Part shown: piece by piece, positions 35,701-47,800 of the stretch
Layout: every line of letters starts with the position of its first letter
How positions within the stretch are numbered: position 1 is the stretch's first letter
Source: Macrostomum lignano
Taxonomy: Eukaryota
NCBI GenBank assembly: GCA_002269645.1
Contig: NIVC01001554.1
Coordinates: forward strand, 1-64,000
DNA length: 64,000 nucleotides
Direction of reading: 5' to 3'
Position numbers and translations under genes: made by a program
Notes under the pieces: model-generated
The model's database searches: none
What the model saw: the letters and a program-made list of their open reading frames with translations, nothing else
What the model was told of the DNA's origin: nothing

Positions 35701-37263
35701 ACTGCACTCTTGGCCGCAGCGCCAATCCTGTGGATTGATTTCGTCTGGTGGATTTTTCAGCTCCATTTGCTCGTCGGGCATGACTTGTCTGAATTTAATT
35801 GCTCTCCGTTTTAAAATTCAATGCCCTGCCTGTCCCATAGACCATAGACGGTGTTTTGACCATAGACTAAAGTAGAAAGATTGGTTGAATATGATTGGCA
35901 GTGTCTAAAAATGATTGTTCAAAGCTCATAACCTGTAGAAATGCCTGTTTGAATGTTGTTCTCTTGTTATTCTTCTTCCCTCTCCACTCCATACCGCAGG
36001 CCAGCCTCCTAGCTTGGCGATGCAGCGACTCGGCGCTCTACCTGTTAACTCCGCTGCGCAGCGCCTCTCTGCACAAGTGCGCCCGCTCTATGGTGCTGCT
36101 CGGTGCCTGCTCCGGCACCCTGCTGGTTGACCAGTGCTCCGACTGCGTTGTGGTTGCCGCTTGTCGCCGCCTCTGCGTCAGCCGGTCTGTCCGCTGCACC
36201 CTGCACGTGATGACCCCCAACCAGCCTGTGATTGGTCCCGGCTGCGAGTCGCTTCTGCTGGCGCCTCATCATGCCAGCTTCCCGCAGCTGGGCCGCTGTC
36301 TGAGACTATGCAAGCTTAATAAGTCACTAGCGCCCGGAGTGTACAACAGGCCGCATCTGCTCACGGGTGCCGCTGTCGACGGCCACTCCGTCACCGCGGC
36401 CAGCATCTGGCGGCCAATGCACCCGGCCGACTTCTTCCCGATGTCGGTGCCGTTCCAGTTTAGCGAAAGCGAAGACTCCGAGATCACCTGCTTAGAGCTT
36501 CCGCCGGAGTATGAGGAGGCTGTTCAGGTGAGTGAGGGGCCGATGCATCCAGGGAAGATGCTGGTGAGAGGCTGATGATGCCAGGGTGAGAGGCTGCTGA
36601 TGCCAGGGTGAGAGGCTGCTGATGCCAGGGTGAGAGGCTGCTGATGCCAGGGTGAGAGGCTGCTGATGCCAGGGTGAGAGGCTGCTGATGCCAGGGTGAG
36701 AGGCTGATAATGCCATGATGGGAGGCTGCTGATGCCAGGGTGTGAGGCTGATGATGCCATGATGGGAGGCTGCTGATGCCAGGGTGAGAGGCTACTGATG
36801 CCAGGGTGAGAGGCTGCTGATGCCAGGGTGAGAGGCTGCTGATGCCAGGGTGAGAGGCTGATAATGCCATGATGGGAGGCTGCTGATGCCAGGGTGTGAG
36901 GCTGATGATGCCATGATGGGAGGCTGCTGATGCCAGGGTGAGAGGTTGATGGGTGAGAGGGAGAGAGGCTGAGAATGCATCCGGCACCCGACTGGTCAAA
37001 CGCAGGAGCGCATGAAGAGGAAGCGCCAGTTCCAGGAGCTGGTCAGCCGATGCCGCCTAACGCCCGGCCAGCGTCGCCAGCTGACCGACGCTGTGCAGCA
37101 GCGGTTCAACCGATGGCTGACCGACACGGGGCTGTCGCGCCAGCTGGCCAGCCTGGACCGGGACGCCTATGTGGCCATGCGGCAGGAGCGGCCTCCGGAT
37201 TCCGCTCGGAGCAGCAACGGCCGCGGCGGCGGGACCGGCGGCCACAGACAGAACGCCGAGTGA
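29746..37263 (+). CDS. TBCCD1: TBCC domain-containing protein 1. Exons 29746-30251, 30691-31003, 31961-32263, 36000-36527, 37006-37263, 635 aa
   Basis: FWVRFEP, RNQQSVDLFTFVIFLYMQ, AEWP, HVAFVQENLRELLDLL, SGYSKVTRSF, NPLG, the TBCC/CARP beta-helix (RCSDSALYLLTPLRS..VVAACRRL..HVMTP..LAPHH) and C-terminal RFNRWLTDTG..QLASL follow recalled TBCCD1. Phases are consistent. Confidence 0.92.
30431..30660 (+). mobile_element. tRNA-derived SINE family B (CORE-like central domain), internally deleted copy
   Basis: GGGGTTGTAGCCTAGTGG...GGCTCGATTCC, then TGTGTCCTTGAGCAAGACA...CAGCTGTAAAATGGGT and an ATT tail. Confidence 0.85.
31130..31910 (+). repeat. 34-bp minisatellite (cctcagctctggaatccgcctgtccgctcccata), TBCCD1 intron 2
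   Basis: About 23 copies. Stop-free in all + frames, giving spurious long ORFs. Confidence 0.95.
32371..35570 (+). repeat. 80-bp satellite, about 40 copies, TBCCD1 intron 3
   Basis: Unit ttcaagacacgatcaaccatattcaatccatgcttcgacgattgtctatggcctagactgtgtttggggagagcattgaa. Confidence 0.97.
36570..36960 (+). repeat. 22-bp minisatellite (gatgccagggtgagaggctgct), TBCCD1 intron 4
   Basis: About 17 tandem units with variants. Confidence 0.95.
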
Positions 37264-37758
37264 ACTCTTGTTGCCTAGCAACATGCAGATATGTTTGATT
37301 GTTTTTGTTGATGGTTTTGGTGGACGCCTAAATACCTGCGCCTGTGGGAAGCCAGCTTAAATTAGAATGTCTATTTATCTAATTTAATTGTCTACATTTG
37401 GTGGACAACCGACCCTAACTGTGGCGAAACGTGAAGTACCTGTGGTGGACACCAAAATCTAGATATGTAGTTGGCATCCAGACTTACCTGTGAATACTGG
37501 AATCCTCGGTAGATACTGCCCTAGGTAAAGTATTCCTATTGTATATCATACACCTTAGTGCGAATCTGCACTGCACTGTTCTGTTTTAGTTTAAAACTGT
37601 TAAATGGATCTATTGACCACTTGTGACTTACAGTTGGAAATGAAATCAAACTGAATATATTATATTTCTGTATTGGTATCAACCGAAGTAGTTTATCACA
37701 GAAGCTGAGAGACAGTTTTGACAATGCAGCAAACAGAAATTGAATTGAAAATTAACTG

Positions 37759-40700
37759 TCAAGGCAACACGATTAAACCGTTTGGTATGAGTTTGGCCAG
37801 TTCTGGAATGAAACTCTTTCCAAGATCGAACTCGCGACCTAGCACCAGGGCGTCAGGCTTGCTCTCGGTGTAGAGCTGAAAAAATAGGTGGTTAAATGTA
37901 TACGTCAGATCAGGGGCGTCGCCAACGGGGGGGGCATGTCACCCCCCCAGTAAAAGCTATGGGGGGACATGCCATTGCTTTGTCCCCCCCCACCACCCGT
38001 TGTGAAAAGCAAAAACTTTTATTCAAGGTGTCAGATTATAGCGCCTTCGGCTCTAAAATGAGTGCCTGCTTGCGGCGCCAAAATGAGTGCCTGTCTGCGG
38101 CGCCAAAATGAGTGCCTGTCTGCTGCACCAAAATGAGTGCCTGTCTGCTGCACCAAAATGAGTGCCTGTCTGCGGCGCCAAAATGAGTGCCTGTCTGCTG
38201 CACCAAAATGAGTGCCTGTCTGCTGCACCAAAATGAGTGCCTGTCTGCGGCGCCAAAATGAGTGCCTGTCTGCGGCGCCAAAATGAGTGCCTGTCTGCGG
38301 CGCCAAAATGAGTGCCTGTCTGCGGCGCCAAAATGAGTGCCTGTCTGCGGCGCCAAAATGAGTGCCTGTCTGCGGCACCAAAATGAGTGCCGCTTGCGGC
38401 GCCAAAATAAGCGCTGAAAACACCGATTCTCAAAATAATGGACATATAGAAATTTAGTCATGTGCATGTACACGTTGAATTCTTGGCTTTGCCCCCCCCC
38501 CCCCTACCATAAAATCCATGGCGACGCCCCTGCGTAATTCTATTTATTATAGATAGACCTAGTTTGGAAACCAGTCTATAGATAGGCAAATAATTACAGT
38601 TTAGTACAGTAGAGCCCTGCTAGTTGGCATAGTGGTTGTTCGGGCCCTACTGACTACTGTTGCATACAAATCAGCCAATTCAAAACAGTAACCTTTGATG
38701 CTTTTGATAAACTTTGCCGGCTTTTTTATGTGTTTTATGAGCTGCGTTGTGGCTCATATTAATAATCATTCTCAATATTATTACTGATTACACCTCCCCT
38801 AATGGGCAGATGTGCAACCGACAGCTCAGCCGCAGCTATTTGCGCGGCGCATCTGAAGGCTGCGTACGGCTGTTCAGTCCAAGGACTGGGGGGTCGCCAC
38901 ACACACCCTCAATTACCCCAGCTAATGCTGGCACCCATTTTACAGCTGGGTGAACTGAAGCAATGCAGAGTTAAGTGTCTTGCTCAAGGACACAAATTGT
39001 TCCGAGTGGATCGGGAAACGAACCCCCGACCTTTAAGTCCTATTCCGACGCTCTAACCACTGGGCTGCAGCCCCTATGGCTCATCAAGCGTTGATAAGTA
39101 CGGGCATAAATTCCGGTTTCAACTAACTTGGGAAATTTATCTAAAAAAATCGAAAAAAATTTGCGGAGTTAAAAACATATTTTGAGTTTCTTTTGAGTAC
39201 TCAAAAAAGCCGTTTAAAGTTTATCTATCAAAGATAAAACTGTTTCAGCTGACTATTTTGATTTTTCCGAATTGGATTCTTGTTATTACAATTATTAAAT
39301 AAAAAAATCTGCTAAGTGCCGTCCATGCAACTCTCGTAGTGCATTGTCACTTCTTTCTGCTTTTTGTTTTTTTTTTGGCTTTTCGATTCCTATTAAATTG
39401 TTTTTTTTATTTTGTATAGGCAAGGCATTCCACAGTGAATTCATGATGACTGCACAGTGAACAGGTTGATCCTACCTAATCGTCATATTCACAAGAATTA
39501 TATTTCTCTTTGTTATGCAATGCTTTTCATATTTAATGCATATCCGCCCGGCCTGTAGCGTTCCAATTTTTCTATTGGCTAGCTTACGAGGAATAAGCTG
39601 CTCTGTGTGCTTATATATTAGCTAAGTTAATGTGCAAACAGTTTAACAATAAAATTGTATATTGGACTGTGAGCTGGTCCCCTAGCAGTCTGTTTGTATC
39701 TGTTTTTAAATTGGAGTTGTAGTGCTCTGATTTGTATTCTGCTTATTTGGGTAAGTTTATCCCCATGACGATTCTCCCCACCCTAAAACCCCCCATTCCC
39801 CATGCCCTGGTTGTTGGTGGTTGTCAGCCCCCATCCCGCCCCCCTAGACTTGCACCCTCCCCTCAGCCTCCGAATTTATCTACATAATCTTCAATAGAGC
39901 TTCATGCCTCTATTGAAGTTTAGGTACGTAAAATTAATCCCTATGAAGATTCTCCCACCCTAAAACCCCCCATGCCCCGGTGGTTGGCTTTGAGCTACGA
40001 AAAAATGAAGCTCAAATTTCAAATTAGCACCATCGAAAACCCCGATAGAGACAAAATTATGATCCTATCAAAACTGCAAATATTTATCTACCTAAAGTTC
40101 AAGAAGTCTCTGTTCCTTGCTAGAACTCCCCATACTGTAACTGTTCCTTGCTAGAACTCCCCATACCGTAACTGTTCCTTGCTAGAACTCCCCATACTGT
40201 AACTGTTCCTTGCTAGAACTCCCCATACCGTAACTGTTCCTTGCTAGAACTCCCCATACCGTAACTGTTCGCTCCATAAAATTATGGTTCGGTGAATTGT
40301 TTAAGCTAAAGCTTTTGTATGGGTTGGCCTCACCTCAGCCAGGGTCTCGGTTATGCAGTGGTAGAGCCGCAGGCTGTAGCTGAAAGCGGCCACTCCGTGC
40401 CGCTCCATCAGCTGGCGCAGCTTGTCAGTCTTCTCCGAGGCCATCTGCAGCGCCAGTTCCGCCCGCGACTGCGTCTCCGCCTCGCTCAGCTCGTACAGGG
40501 CATAGGGGAACAGCCGCAGCGGCCGGCTCTGCGGCCCGGCCTGCATGTCCACAACCAGCAGGCGGTCGGCTGGCCGCCTCACCAGCTGGCAATAGGCTCG
40601 CAATGTGGCCGGGAAGGCAGCAGACAGGCCCAGCGTTGGCAGGAGGACAACTCGTGCGCCGCCGTTAGCGCTACTGGCACCGATGCTTTTGCATCCATTT

Positions 40701-40774
40701 GGACCCGCGTTGCAGGGGTCATCATCAAGCCTTTCGTTGTCTGCAGTGCCTTCTTCGTCTTGTGCCACTGTCAT
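37759..40774 (-). CDS. Universal stress protein (UspA-like) domain protein. Exons 40774-40334 and 37875-37759, 185 aa
   Basis: Exon 1 'RVVLLPTLG..AYCQLVRRPADRLLVVDMQ..AELALQ..LRQLMERHGV..CITETLAE' ends at a GTGAGG donor. A TTTTTTCAG acceptor opens an in-frame exon 'LYTESKPDALVLGREFDLGKSFIPELAKLIPNGLIVLP*', which matches the UspA C-terminal pattern (D-L-I-V-h-G ... LGS ... P-V-L-V-V-P). Confidence 0.7.
37911..38531. mobile_element. hAT-like MITE containing a 25-bp tandem array (gcggcgccaaaatgagtgcctgtct, 38055-38410), in the USP intron
   Basis: 14-bp terminal inverted repeats CAGGGGCGTCGCCA / TGGCGACGCCCCTG. Confidence 0.75.
38760..39074 (-). mobile_element. tRNA-derived SINE family B, full copy
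   Basis: Reverse complement of 60089-60402. Confidence 0.88.
40110..40270 (+). repeat. 31-bp tandem repeat, about 5 copies (ttccttgctagaactccccatactgtaactg)
   Basis: Direct copies. Confidence 0.9.
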
Positions 40775-41837
40775 TTGAGCCTAGCGCAGGTTGGGATTTT
40801 GTGCGCGGAAAATTGCGCGCACCGCGAAAATCGGGCCGGGGCGATTGCTTATCTGGTCCGTTGGAAGTATGCTACGCTTGGCAGCTATAAATTATTGGAT
40901 TCTAGAACTCAAAATCGAGTCTACACTCGTCGTAGCGACTCTGGTCCATAGATTTGTGCAATAACTGCATCATAGTTTAATAATCGGTCTAATTTTAGGT
41001 TGAGCTCGTCCAAATACTTTTAATTCGCAGAGCTTAGCTTTGAATGTTAGTTTGAAAGTTAGAAAGTCATAACGTTGCATGTTGTATGGCGTTTTTATGC
41101 GCTCGCCCAGATTGAGGATTCGATCGATGCATCTGCAGCCCTGCCGCATAGGGGCGAAAATATTTGCTGACGGTGAAGACTGCAATTTTCCCATTGAGAG
41201 AAAATTGGGAGCTGAAGCCTAAGAGGGGTGGCCCCCTTGGACTTAAACGCGTCACTGGGCCTTTTAATGACAGTCTAACTTTGCTTAAGTATTACACGAA
41301 GGACAAACCAGCTAGCCAATCAACCAGTCTATTGTCCTAAATTTACTTACCTGGTTTACATCATTCTAGCGCCATCTTTTCCAATAATCTTTTGCTTAAG
41401 AAAACGTCAGAAAACACATATTCGGCGTTTTCAGAAATACAATATTTGTTTAATTTGCTATACTTTGTTGTTGTTTGCATTTAAAATATTTGTTTTCAGA
41501 GAAAAAAACTGTAGCACTGGGCCTCTCAGATTAATATTAGATTAATGAATATAGGTTGTCCGTGACCGTAATTTCAAAGACAGTATTGTTTAGGTTTCTA
41601 TACACATTGCTATTTTAATAATTTTTTGATTAAAACTCCAGACAACAGTAACCAACCTAGACTTAATTCCAAAGAGTGCAAATTTCAATCATTCAAAATA
41701 TATAGGCCGCTGACAACAACACACAACAGTCGAAGCCAAACCATTGCTAAGTTGATACTGCGAATCAGAATGTACTTGCCGCTTCAAATAGCAGACTTTT
41801 GCTTTGAAGAAATAATGTAAAAAAATGCACGAGTTCG

Positions 41838-44800
41838 ATGGATATCTCATCTGTAATAACTCAAGTAACTGATCCTGCTACTGTAGCAGTTAACAAACCA
41901 CCAGGTCCAGAAAATGCTGAAGAAGGTGGTGCATCAGCATCAAATGAAGAGTCATCATTTGTGCAGTCCCCTGAAAAGGAGGCAGAAATTTCAAGTCCTC
42001 TTTCCCTAAATAAAACAGGTATGTTTTGTTGTTTTTTTCAATTACATAAGATAGCGAAACTTAGTCAAGATATTTTAAGTTATAAAACATGTTTAAGATA
42101 GCCTATTTCATTAATTTGCATGGCATAGCCATATGCATAACTTTCTAATTAGACAATCTATGACAATGCATTGCAACATAGATAGCAATAAAACTGTATT
42201 AAAAATTTGACCACTTTATTTTCTTTCTATTTAAAAAAAGTTAGATACCAAATCTTATATATAAGACTATATGTTATTTTATGAAAAATTGGAGCACATC
42301 ATCCTTTATATATAAGTTAGAGTTCTACTAAAATGGAATATTTGTAGGGCCTATGGAATTTTTTTTTAACACTTGAATTTTATAAGCAAATTTTATAAGT
42401 TTTTCTATACAAAGTTTAATTGAACCCTATTGGAATAAAAGTTGAAAACCTGCAGACGCGCACTTTAGATTAGAGTCAAATTATTTTACCGCACTTTAGC
42501 ATTATTAGAGATGTTCCATTGCTATTGACAAAATTGTCCATTTCAATCTGTCAAAATCAAAATTTGATAACTTTCCGAAATTGAAATTGAACTTGAAATT
42601 TTCCAAAATCAAAATTCAGAAAAACAAAGTTTAATATGACTAACACTTACTTTTTTACATTTTGATTTACTGCTTATGCAAAACAAAATATATGTGTATG
42701 TAGCAGAAATTACTCGCTGTTTATTTTTAGCCACTTAGACACTTTTGAAATTTTGACTTCCGATTTTTTTCGAAATCGAAATTTGCTCTTAAAAATTTTG
42801 AATTTTGGAAAATTGAAATTGAAATTTTGGAACATTGCTAGGTATTATAAATGACAAGTGTATAGGCTCCTTCTACAGAGGTATAAGGCCCCCTTCCATG
42901 TATATCTATTTGCTTGAGCAGCAGCCAGCAGGAAAGGGCACTGCGCGTGCAGGCGCTGCGCGCCTGTGCGTGCACTGCACTTTAGAAAAATTTCAAAAGT
43001 GCGCCGGACACTATCCGCAGTTTTACAACTTTTTCCTATAGGGTAATTGAATATCTAAAAATAAATTTTATAATTATATATAATATTAAGATAGCATTCT
43101 GTGGATCTGCTTTTAAATGCAATAACTTTATTTTACTGCAACAAGTAAAATAGTAAAGTCCCCTCTTTTCCTTTCTTATTACTTTCTATTTTCCATTTTA
43201 CCTCTCTCCTCTCTTTTTCTTATATTGTGTAAGTAACTAAAGTAACTAAATCTACAATTCTTACTAGGATCTTCAACAAAGGTGATGGTCTATTTATCAG
43301 TTGGTTTCCAAGAAGTCTCCTTTGCAATCTAGCCTTCTTTGATAATGGCAGATACTGAATGGCTTCTTTGTTAATATTGGTTTCATTCATCTTAACTTAA
43401 GCCCCTACCATCCTAACTGCAATGCATATATAGTATCAAAAATGTGTTGTTTAAGTCACTAACCCCAAAGACTTAAGACCTCCCTTTGTGTTGAAAATGA
43501 AAACATATCTTTAACCCCCTATTTCAACCTTAATATGCATATAGTATCAAACATTTGTCTTTGTCACTTGAGTCCTTAATTCTAAGAACTTAAGAGTTCC
43601 CCTTAGCCCTCACATTGAAAATGAAAACATTCATCTTAAATTTAGCCCCCAATATCCTAACCCTATCCTAGTCCATAACCCTAGGGACTTAATTGAGCTC
43701 CCTTGAAAGTGATAACTTGGTCAGGGACTCAAATTTTTTTTACCTTATAAATATTGTAGCTAGGATTGTGGGGCCTTTTGTTAAGATGAATAAAGCCAAT
43801 AGAGAATCTGCCTACCATTTGACACCATCAATACGAGGGTCACTCAGAAAGTTCTTAGCTTGAACACGAAAACAGCAACAAATGAACTAAAAAATGACTA
43901 CAAGTGCTCAAAATACTCTCCACCGGCATTGATACAGGCTTGCATCCTGTGAAACCAGCTGTCGAAGCACTGCCGCCAATCCTTATCCCGGAGCTCCTCG
44001 ATGATGTTTTTAAACTCATTCACAGCTTCTTCCGGTAAAGAAAAGACCTGGCCCTTCAGAATCTCCTTGCACTTCGGAAACAGAAAAAAGTCGCACAGTG
44101 CCAGGTCTGGACTGTAAGCAGGGTGAGTCATCAGCTGGACCCCACAGTTAGCCAGAAACTCCAGAGTTTGAGCCGCCGTGTGCGCGCTGGCGTTGTCGTG
44201 GTGCAGAAGCACCCCACGCATTCCGCACCTTGGGTGCCTCTGGCTCACAGCAGAAAAGACCTTGGGCAGGCAAACCTTTGTGTACCAGTCAGCAGTGACT
44301 GTCTGGCGATCTTCAAGTGAAACGGAAGCCTCATGCCCAGTGCGCATGAAGAAACAGGCCACCATCTGCTTGCCGACACTCCGGCTACGTCAAAACTTTG
44401 TGGGGCTGTCCTCGTCTCCAAGGGTCCACATGGCTGACTGGCGCTTGCTTTCGGGGTCGTATTGATAAATCCAGGTCTCATCGCCCGTGAGGATGTCCCA
44501 GATATGCCGGCTGGTCCCGGATTCGAATTTCTGCAGCATGAATTGGCACCAAGCCACCCTGGTGTCCTTCTGCACGTCCGACAGCTGATGGGGGATCCAC
44601 CGGGAAGCCAGCTTCTGCACTCCAAGGTGTTCGTGCATAATGGCGTGCACACTCCCCAATCCAATGCCGATCTCCTGCTGGATCTGCTGGTAGGTCACTC
44701 GCCGGTCAGCGGCAATCATGCTGGACACAGCGCAGTTATTTTCTGGAGTCACTGCGTCACAAGGTCTCCCGGATCGATGTTCATCTTCGAGGCTTTCTTG

Positions 44801-47800
44801 ACCTTGGCAAAACTCAGCGAACCAGTTTTTGATGGTTGCGTATGAAGGACATACATGGGTGAAAACGTTCTGTAAAGTTTGATACGATTCGGCTGGCGAC
44901 TTGCCTTGCTTGAAGTGCAGGTACATCATTGCTCTGAAGTCGCAATTTTCCAGCTTCATTGTTGAATTGAAGATCTCAGGGGAGTGAACTGACTTTAACT
45001 CGCTGCAGTGGACTCAAAAGTGGCTGCTTCTGTTTGAAATTTTTGCTGCGATACTTTTAAAAGTTGGTCTTTACCATAGACAAATTTTATGCTTCTACGT
45101 CTCGTAGATCCTACTCAGGCTAAAGACTTTCTGAGTGACCCTTGTAAAGGCTAGATTGCAAAGGAGGCTTCTTGGAATCCAATTGATAAATAGGCCATTG
45201 CTCTCATAGAAGATCTCATTTAGTAAGAATTAAAGATTTTGTTACTTTAATTACTTAAACATTACAAGAGGAGATATGTGAAGGGAAGTGAAAAGGGGAG
45301 AGAAAAGGGAAAGGAAAGAAAAAAGGAGAAAGGAGAGAAAAGGGGCAATGAACAGAGGGAAAAGGAAAGGAAAGAGGGAAGAAAAGAGAAAAAAGAACAG
45401 TCAAAAAAGCAATCAAGTTGATATGCATTGAGTGCACAAATGCAGCCAATAGTAAGAGGTCCCAATGCCTGATGCTAATAATACTGCAATCATAGCAAGA
45501 CAGCTATAGAAATTTACAGAAAGTTTATTAGCTGTAGATAAATATATAGATATAGATAGGCTATAAGAGAAAAAATGAAATTAGGATATTGGAAAAAGTT
45601 AAATGGTAATATTTGTATAAATAATATTGACAATTATAATAAATATAAGTAATATCATTTTTTAGGATTAGGCGATTAAATATGATTCAAATTTTGTTTG
45701 GATCCTAAATTTTTGGTATGTTAAAATTGGGATTCTAGATAGGACACAGATTGTTTTTAGGTTAAATTAAAATATGTGTATTAGATCATTAATGTTTTGA
45801 AACTTTGATAGCTATAAATATTTATTGGGTAACAATATTGACAATTAGTTGGTAATTTTGGCACTTAAGTAGTTAAATTATACACTTTTATTATTATTGA
45901 AAAACAACTAATTTGATACACTGCTTTTAAAAACAAATATTCATAGAATAATTTGAGCAAAAACAAGTACATTGTCTGTCTTTTCTAGTTATCAGTTGCT
46001 TTCTATAGTCATAACAAGTCAAGTTATTCATAGCTGTTTACTCTAATAATTAATAAACTCTGCAAAAATGTCCTAAACCTATATTTGCTCAAAATTATCC
46101 ATGTCGCCTTAATAGGCTGCACAGGCTGCCCAGCATATTAATAATTACAACTGCACCCGCCCATCCCCAGACGAGAATCCCCCTAAAGCCGACCTCGAGC
46201 TGGTCAAGTCGCCAGTTGATGGCAAGCGACGCCGTCAAAGAGGCTCAGGCGGCGGCGGCAGCGGCTTGCTGAACCGTCTGCTCTGCTGCTTTGGCGTTGG
46301 CGCCTCCAACGGTCCCGGCGGCCGTGCAGAGCACTACCGGAATGGACAGACCCGCCCGCCAGACCTGCTGGGGCCCAGAGACCCGGCCATGGCCGACCGG
46401 ATCTGCGCCGTCATTGATCTGGATGAGACCCTGGTGCACAGCTCCTTCAAGGTGCGCCTCTTAGTGCTTAAAACAGTCTGCTGGTTTCAGATGTCGCAGA
46501 CTCCAAATTTCCTGAATTATAGTATTTCTTTTAAGATTTCTGGCCTGGGACTCCTTCCTTCATTCTTCATGCTTCTTAGATCCTCATGTTGATCCTTCAT
46601 GCTTCCCAGATGCTCATGTTGATCCTTCATGCTTCCCAGATCCTTATGTTGATCCTTAATGCTTCCCAGATCCTCATGTTGATCCTTAATGCTTCCCAGA
46701 TCCTCATGTTGATCCTTAATGCTTCCCAGATCCTCATGTTGATCCTTCATGCTTCCCAGATGCTCATGTTGATCCTTGCTGCTTCCCAGATCCTTATGTT
46801 GATCCTTCATGCTTCCCAGATCCTCATGTTGATCCTTAATGCTTCCCAGATGCTCATGTTGATCCTTGATGCTTCCCAGATCCTCATGTTGATCCTTCAT
46901 GCTTCCCAAATCCTCATGTTGATCCTTGATGCTTCCCAGATCCTCATGTTGATCCTTGATGCTTCCCAGATCCTCATGTTGATCCTTAATGCTTCCCAGA
47001 TGCTCATGTTGATCCTTGCTGCTTCCCAGATCCTTATGTTGATCCTTCATGCTTCCCAGATCCTCATGTTGATCCTTCATGCTTCCCAGATGCTCATGTT
47101 GATCCTTGCTGCTTCCCAGATCCTTATGTTGATCCTTCATGCTTCCCAGATCCTCATGTTGATCCTTAATGCTTCCCAGATGCTCATGTTGATCCTTGAT
47201 GCTTCCCAGATCCTCATGTTGATCCTTCATGCTTCCCAAATCCTCATGTTGATCCTTGATGCTTCCCAGATCCTCATGTTGATCCTTGATGCTTCCCAGA
47301 TCCTCATGTTGATCCTTAATGCTTCCCAGATGCTCATGTTGATCCTTGCTGCTTCCCAGATCCTTATGTTGATCCTTCATGCTTCCCAGATCCTCATGTT
47401 GATCCTTAATGCTTCCCAGATGCTCATGTTGATCCTTGCTGCTTCCCAGATCCTTATGTTGATCCTTGATGCTTCCCAGATCCTCATGTTGATCCTTAAT
47501 GCTTCCCAGATGCTCATGTTGATCCTTGCTGCTTCCCAGATCCTTATGTTGATCCTTCATGCTTCCCAGATCCTCATGTTGATCCTTAATGCTTCCCAGA
47601 TGCTCATGTTGATCCTTGATGCTTCCCAGATCCTCATGTTGATCCTTAATGCTTCCCAGATGCTCATGTTGATCCTTAATGCTTCCCAGATCCTCATGTT
47701 GATCCTTGATGCTTCCCAGATCCTTATGTTGATCCTTAATGCTTCCCAGATGCTCATGTTGATCCTTGATGCTTCCCAGATGCTCATGTTGATCCTTAAT

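Noticed and set aside
40319-40951. 210-aa + strand ORF
   Set aside because: Antisense shadow of GC-rich USP exon 1, with no motif.
41344-41354. TACTTACCTGG as the U1 snRNA 5' end
   Set aside because: No U1 body follows. It is better read as a - strand donor site.
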